From NCBI GenBank assembly GCA_951406725.2, contig OX597826.1, forward strand, positions 55,552,001-55,616,000: 64,000 bases of DNA. The letters run 5' to 3'. Position 1 is the stretch's first letter. The number at the start of each line of letters is the position of its first letter. Shown here in pieces: positions 56,818 through 64,000 of this stretch. The notes beneath the pieces were generated by a model. The model was not told the origin of the DNA. It worked only from the letters and a program-made list of their open reading frames with translations, and did no database searches. Source of the DNA: Octopus vulgaris. Its lineage: Eukaryota. The position numbers and the translations under genes are program-made.

Positions 56818-57354
56818 TAATGCCATTACTATGTAATATTTCTACAGGGAATACGCTGACAAGAACAATGTCATCACAGCGATATTCACAGAAATACTAC
56901 AAAGAAGATGACAATATCACCAACAGCGCTATCACGGCCATATTCGATACAAGAATATAGAATCATATTCCTGAGTAGCTTAACAACTTTGGTAATGCAT
57001 TATACAACGAGTGTTTCGTTCAAATATTTGCCAGGAATCGTATAACATATCATTGTTATCGTTTTTTATTATTTCTTTAAGATAACTATTCACTATAATT
57101 CTAACATATTGATAGGTCTGTCAATTTTTTTTCTTTCTATGTTTCAACAATTAATGCCAAACAAAATTGCCATTAATGACAGAGAATAATAAAAATGTCT
57201 CCAGTAAGGTCAATTTAAAACGATTCCTTTCCTATTCAAGCTGTAATCTTTTTTACTAAATGAGTTCTCTATTTTTCTCTTCATCCCTCCACGTTACGCG
57301 CACACACTCTCTCACACACACACATACACACACACACAAATTCGTACACATATT

Positions 57355-57419
57355 TTATTATTTTATTATCATCATTATTATTATCATTAGTATCATTCTT
57401 TCTCTTGTTCTTCTGTTTC

Positions 57420-57459
<40 letters not shown>

Positions 57460-57548
57460 TTTTATTTTTATTTTTATTTTTATCATTACTATCATCACTA
57501 TTATCATTGCTATTATTATTATCATTATTATCATCATCATCATCATCA

Positions 57549-57582
<34 letters not shown>

Positions 57583-57660
57583 CATCATCATCATCATCAT
57601 TATTATTAGTAGTATTATTATTATTGCTATCATTATTACTATTATCACTATTATTATTGC

Positions 57661-57707
<47 letters not shown>
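57355..57707. repeat. (ATT)n/(ATC)n microsatellite
   Basis: Directly visible. Confidence 0.97.
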
Positions 57708-57709
<2 letters not shown>

Positions 57710-58393
57710 AATCCCATGATAGCTATATAATTTTCTTCTGTTTCGTTTTTCACTTTTCATTCATTTTTTACGGGGGGTTTTTTTCTTGTCTGTTTCTTTC
57801 TTGTTATTTCAAGATTTAAAAAAAAAAAATTTTTATGTTGAATCGCTTGACCTCCTTCGTTTAAGTGAACTGATAGAAACCTTCCATATTTTACGAGCGT
57901 CTTTAAAATTCCCGACTCATAGAGATGAACTTCTTCATTGTATTAAGAAACTACTTTATGACGTTAAGAATAATAAACAAAACTAAAAACAAACGAGGTA
58001 AGAGACAAAAAATTCCATTAGTAGTTCATAGGACAGATTATATAGTTTTAGATCGTATCTCCCCGGTATATGTATAATATATTATAAATAAAATAACTCT
58101 TTGCTGTCACCTAGAGATATCGTTGAGAATTAAATAAGAGAGGAGCTTACTTTTAGAAACACATAGTCGTTTTCTTTTAAAACTGCTTCTCATAAAGAAA
58201 GCTATTTACTGCCGTGTCGTTTTATCTATATGATTAAGTAAATAAAACAACAATAACGACAACAAACACTCGTATTTTATAAACGTGTGTGTGTGTGTAT
58301 GTGTGTATGTGTGTGTGTGTGTGTGTGTATTAAATGTATATACATAAATATGTAATATTTATGTATGCATAAATGTAAATAAATATGTATTTG

Positions 58394-58449
<56 letters not shown>

Positions 58450-58732
58450 AATAGGGGAAAGAGAGAGGGAGATACATAACACAATCATATATATATATAC
58501 AATTATGGATGTGTATATATATATATATATATATATGATATATATATATATAGATATACAATATATATATATATACAAACATATATATATATATTTATAT
58601 ATAAATATATATATATATGATATATATATATGAATATATATATGTACAATTCTATATACATATACAAATATATACACGTGTATATATATATATATATACA
58701 TATATATGATATATATATACAAATATATATAC

Positions 58733-58772
<40 letters not shown>

Positions 58773-59279
58773 TCGTATATATATATAAATGTATATATAC
58801 ATATGCGTAAGTGCGTTTGAGTGTGCATGTGTGTGTATAAAGGTGTGTGTGTGTGTGTGTTTGTGTGTGCATGCAGGTGCGTGCATTTGTGTGTGTTAGT
58901 TTTCAGAATATGTTAGACACGGTAATGTCGAAATGTAGATATTAAACAGGTTCAGTTCATCCGGGTAGAGTTTTTATTAAAATTATAACTACAAAGACTG
59001 TTTATACATCATCACGAGGTCCCCGACTACAACAGAAACAACCAATAATTTGAAGGACTGTCCAGTTTCGGTTTTGTTGTTGTTGCTTTTTGTTGTTGTT
59101 AGCTTGTGGATGTTTTTGTTGTTGAGTACTTTTTTTCGTTGTTGATTTTTTCTTCTCCTTCCTCGTGATTAATGCGGTGAATGTAAGTAAAAAGCAAAAC
59201 GAACAAATGGCGTATGTTATCTGTTGGCATGGAAACTGAAATAAACATGTAATAAGTCTGCTTCCAAGGGAAAAAGAAC

Positions 59280-59312
59280 AGAGAGAGAGAGAGAAGGAAA
59301 AGATGATGATGG

Positions 59313-59362
<50 letters not shown>

Positions 59363-59853
59363 TTGATGATGATGAAGAAGGAGGAGGAGGAGGTGGAGGA
59401 AGAGAAAAAATAAAGATGATGATGGTGGTGAAGAAGAAAAAGTAGAAGAAGATGAAGAAGAAGAAGGAATAGAAATGATGATGGTGGTGAGGATGATGCT
59501 GATGGAGGATGCGGGCGACGAAGAAGGAGGCAGAAGAAGATGAAGAAGAAGAAGATGATGATGATGATGATGAAGAAGAAGAAGTAGAAGAAGGAGGAGG
59601 AGGAAGGGGAAGAAGGCGGAGGAGGAGGAAGGAGGAAGGAGGAGTAGGAAGAAGAAGAAGAAGAAGAAGAAGAAGAAGAAGAAAAAGAAGAAGAAAAAAG
59701 AAGAAGAAGAAGAAGAAGAAGAAGAAGAAGAAGAAGAAGAAGAAGAAGACGAGGACGACGACGACGAAGAAGAAGAAGAAGAAGAAGAAGAAGAAGAAGA
59801 AGAAGAAGAAGAAGGAGAAGGAGAAGAAGAAGAAGAAGAAGAAGAAGAAGAAG
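59280..59853. repeat. Compound (GAT)n/(GGA)n/(GAA)n microsatellite
   Basis: Directly visible. Confidence 0.97.
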
Positions 59854-60434
59854 ATGTTTTGTAATGACATAAGAGATATTGTAGAGTAACTATTCATTGA
59901 GGTTGTTCCTATTTGTAGCAAACAGGACTGGGAAAAGTTAAACTTTATTGGCAAGTATTGGGTCTATTTTACGATACAAACCGTTTAAACGTAAGTTCGT
60001 AACTTGCAGCCGAGTGTCTCTACAGTTATTATGATTTGATGATTCGTTAAAATATCATTCATACTAAGGTAAATCGTTAGATGAAATGCTTTGAGCTGAC
60101 ATCAAATTCCGTCAAGGTAAACTTTTCTTTTCATCGTTCTGTAGTTGATAAATAACTACTATTAGTCATGCAACATCAACTGGTGTCACTAAGAGGATCA
60201 GAACTCCATAGTGCTTTGAAGTAGCGCAAGTGAGTTGATGGATCACCAGTTGTATCAACAAGCAGTAATCCGCTACCTGGATTGGTTTAAGAGGATCTTC
60301 CGCCCAGACTCTACCTTGTAGTTTCACGGAATGAACTTCATACATCGAATGAATATCAATACGTCCAATTTCACATCCATCATGATTTCGCCGTGACCTT
60401 TGCTCGAAGATTTTTTCGTCATTGAGGTTGGGGA

Positions 60435-60768
60435 AACATCTTCGGTCAGGAATGACGATGGGATTGCATCTAGAAAGTCACCCTCCGAGGTACAAGTCCG
60501 GGTAAGGTTGTTTATGGAAGACCAGAAGTCGCCCATGCATACCAACTTTCCCTCTCTACGCCATTGATGTTATCCAAGGGAAAGGCAAAGGGGCCGATAC
60601 AACTTGGCACCAGTGACGTCGCAACTCATTTCTACAGCTGAGTAAACTGAAGCAAGGTGAAATAAAGTGTCTTGCTCAAGAACACAACACGCAGCCCAGT
60701 CCGGGATTCGAACTCACAACCTCACGGCCGTAAGTTCGACGCTCTAATCACTGAGCCATGCGTCTTCA
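60435..60768 (-). mobile_element. SINE-C (CORE-like) with tail 3
   Basis: Reverse complement of 55432-55770; A box TGGCTCAGTG, B box AGTTCGAATCC. Confidence 0.92.
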
Positions 60769-62977
60769 TTGAGGTTAAAATCTCTATATACACACTGTTC
60801 GATGGCCGTTGATTCATACGAGTTTTTCCACACTTTGACGGGTTACGAGTTTTGTTTTTCATCCCTCGGGTTGTCCAAATCATTCTTCTCATTAAGCAAG
60901 TTCGGTAGGGTTGCCGGTTTAGTCACCGACGACCCGACTATGCGACAGGTTGTACTGGGTTAGATGTTACCAGTAACATTTGAGAGGGACCTGAGATGAA
61001 TAAAGTAGCAGCAGTCAAGTATTAAAATAAATGTATCTCTCTTTCTTCCTCTCTCTCTTTCTTTCTTCATCCCCCCTCTCTTTCGTTCTTTCTTCCTCTC
61101 TCTTTTTTCTCTCTGTCACTCTCTTCTCTCTGTTTCCTTTTTGTCGCTCTTTCTCAGTGACGTTGCACCGTGATAACAATGCCAAGCGACTACTCACATA
61201 TCCCATTTCTCTATGAATAGTTTAAAGTCAATCGAAGAGCCGGCAAATCCCTTGCATAGAAAAATAAAAATAATACGGCAGTGAAACCTGTCGATGATGA
61301 CTCGATGCGCGGCGGAGTACAGAACTGATATAGCAGAATAGAAATAGAATATTCAGATTAATTCTACATGTCTAAGAGATTTAGTAGGTCTTTTAGACCT
61401 GCTAGACCGACACCATATTTTACGTGTACATAATGAAGAGATATTAGTCTAATTAATTCAATGGGGGAAGACATAAAGAAGCAGTACTAAGCCTGACTGT
61501 ATAAACTGCAATACTTTATTCTCAGACCTCTTGATACTGAGTTCAAATAATTCTTGCTTGGACATTTTCGTTATATCTCCTGTCGTAGGGGTCGATAAAA
61601 TAAATGCCAGTTCTCTAAATAGAGTTGATTTAATAAACTGTAACCTTTTCGAGCAACAATCTCATATGTCATTATTAACATGTCTCAGTTGTTGGAATAT
61701 AAACATGTAACATTTTTTAATAAGGCAATAATTTAAGACAAGGTTATTCCTGGAATAATTTCTAGGCTATTAATTAAAGGCTAAATTTTTTTCTGTCACT
61801 AAGTTTTAAATCTTTATTTAATTTCGCTCAAATTACAAACTGTTATAATTTTTATGTTCTATCTACAAAATTATGCTTCAAATAAATGCTGTAAACGGTG
61901 TGTTTTTTACTTATGTTTAAATGTTTAAATATCTTCTCGATGTGGAATCTATTTCGCATTATAATTTAAGAGGATATAATCATACACCCGCCACCAACAC
62001 ACAAACAACCACTCACGCGCATATCTACTACATATGTGGGAACTTCTATCTGTGGGTGTGTTTGTGGAGTTGTTAGCTAACTCCTCCTAAATCGTTTTAT
62101 CGATATTTATGACACTTGACACGAGACTAGAACTCATGTCCGGAGACCTCGTGGCATACTAAGATTGTCGGAAAAAAATCTATAATAGGGCCCTTGAAAG
62201 GATCCTTATATATATCTAATATATTTTATTTAAAAAACTAAGGGAAATAACACATTCGCCCCTGGAAGGGATCCTTAGATATAGCCAAGGGAAATAACCC
62301 ATTCATTTTCCATAATTATTTGGTAAGTATGAAATTGAGTATGCTTATTTCTTAGTATTTGAACTGTTAGAGTTATTTTCGCAATTTATCCAGTACAACT
62401 CTTAAACAAGTAAATAGTATTTTCTTAAACAATAGATCCACTTATTTCGGTTAGTGATTTATTCACGAATATAACAACACTAGCGCTGCTGAGGGTAATA
62501 TTTTCTGGGAACGCACAAAAGCCATTTTCAGAGTTATTTACTTAAATTATTATTATCTCATATCTGATTAGACTCTTATTACGTATGCTTCACGACTTTA
62601 GTATAGATATCTTATTAGCATTTCCTCCTATTTTCCATATACTCTGAGAACGCATTAAAGCCCCTTTCGGAACTACTTTATTTGAATTCTTATTCTCGGG
62701 TAACTAAATGCATGTTATTACAGATAAGACCTACGGTTTCAGAATGAGCTGGGTCTTATTTACTCATCGTTTTCCTCTACCCGTTACTCAGATTATGTTT
62801 AAGGACCGATAGCTCTGCTCTTTCTTTTTCTCTGAAAATACCTTGAGATAATCAACATGTACGTTTCCTTTAGCAACAAAAAACAAACAAACAAAACAAC
62901 TAAGAGGTGAAAAGAGAATTTAGAAAGCAGAAGGACTGGCCAAAGTCTCTGAATCCCATTTAGAAATATAAGAAATA

Positions 62978-62994
62978 TAGTGGTAGTGGTGGTG

Positions 62995-63037
<43 letters not shown>

Positions 63038-63273
63038 CAGCAGCAGCAGTAGAAACAGCAGCGGCAGCATCAGCAACAACAGTAGCAACAGTGGCAGCAG
63101 CAGTATTACTAGTAATAGTAGTAGTATTAGTAGTAATAGCAGCAGCAGCGCCAGCATCAGCAGAAATAGAGGCGGCAGCATCAGCAACTGCAGTAGCAGC
63201 AGTGGTAGCAGCAGAAGTGGCAGCAGCAGCAGCAGTAGTACTATTAGTAGAAGTAGTAGTAGCAGTAGTAGTA
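62978..63273. repeat. (GTG)n/(GTA)n/(GCA)n degenerate microsatellite
   Basis: Directly visible. Confidence 0.95.
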
Positions 63274-63292
63274 GGTGTTTTTGTTATTGTTC

Positions 63293-64000
63293 AAACCAGT
63301 TCAAACTGGTTCAAATGTCAGGAATGTCTGGAATATCAGGAATATCTGGAATGTCAGCAATGTCTGGAATGTCAGAGATCAAAGACGGTGCCGACAAACC
63401 GGTTCAAACCGAATCAAACCGGTTCAAACCGGATCAAACCGGTTCAAATGTCAGGAATGTCTGAGATCAAAGACAGTGCCGACAGAGATCAAAGAGTGTG
63501 CCGACAAAGATCAAAGACGCTGCCGACAAACCGGTTCAAACCAGTTCAAATGTCAAGAATGTCTGAGATCAAAGACGGTGCCGACAGAGATCAAAGAGTG
63601 TGCCAACAAACATCAAAGACGGTGCCGACAAACAGGTTCAAACCGAATCAAACCGGTTCAAACCGGTTCAAACTGGTTCAAACCGGTTCAAGCCGGATCA
63701 AACCGGATCAAACCGGTTCAAACCGGTTCAAACTGGTTCAAACCGGTCCAAATCGGATCAAACCGGATCAAACCGGTTCAAATGTCAGGAATGTCTGAGA
63801 TCAAAGACGGTGCCGACAGAGATCAAAGAGTGTGCCGAAAAGATCAAAGTCGGTGCCGATTAACCGGATCAAATGTCTGGAATGTCAGGAATGTCTGGAA
63901 TGTCAAGATTGTCTAAAATGTCAGGAATGTCACAGATCAAAGACAGTGCCGAGAGATCTCAAAGAGTGTGCTGACAAAGATCAAAGAGGGTGCCGACAAA
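63293..64000. repeat. Complex three-module satellite (10-mer AAACCGGTTC, 9-mer AATGTC(A/T)GG, 22-mer AGATCAAAGA(CG/GT)GTGCCGACA(G/A)); runs off the window end
   Basis: Five visible cycles in fixed order 10-mer block, 9-mer block, 22-mer block, with variable unit numbers. Confidence 0.95.

Noticed and set aside
62980-63916. Overlapping ORFs (272, 213, 87 aa) with TGSNRFKPVQ and CxxC repeats
   Set aside because: All three frames give the same peptides because unit lengths of 10 and 22 are not multiples of 3; satellite rather than coding
63293-64000. CRISPR-like array
   Set aside because: No unique spacers, no cas genes, eukaryotic context

Overview
Repeat-dense, AT-rich animal nuclear DNA with no intact protein-coding gene that I can support (intergenic or large intron). 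The SINE families and the very high microsatellite load suggest an octopod cephalopod (inference from recalled repeat sequences, not checked). Contents: roughly 35 copies or fragments of several tRNA-derived SINE types (labelled SINE-A to SINE-E here for convenience); decayed DNA transposons (two DD37D/maT-like, one DD41D/rosa-like, one Tigger/pogo, a Helitron PIF1-helicase relic, Tc1/mariner MITEs); a well-preserved Tx1/L1 ORF2 fragment; a U6 snRNA pseudogene lacking its ACAGAGA box; two 28S rRNA-like fragments; and several Penelope-type minimal hammerhead motifs. Most notable: (1) a three-module satellite at 63293-64000 whose units match Grainyhead, TEAD and TCF/LEF consensus sites in fixed cyclic order; (2) a tRNA-headed SINE with an internal hammerhead ribozyme fold (55045-55294); (3) mix-and-match of SINE central domains and tails visible within this window. 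Nearly all supplied ORFs are microsatellite artefacts. Coordinates of decayed elements are approximate and were read by eye.
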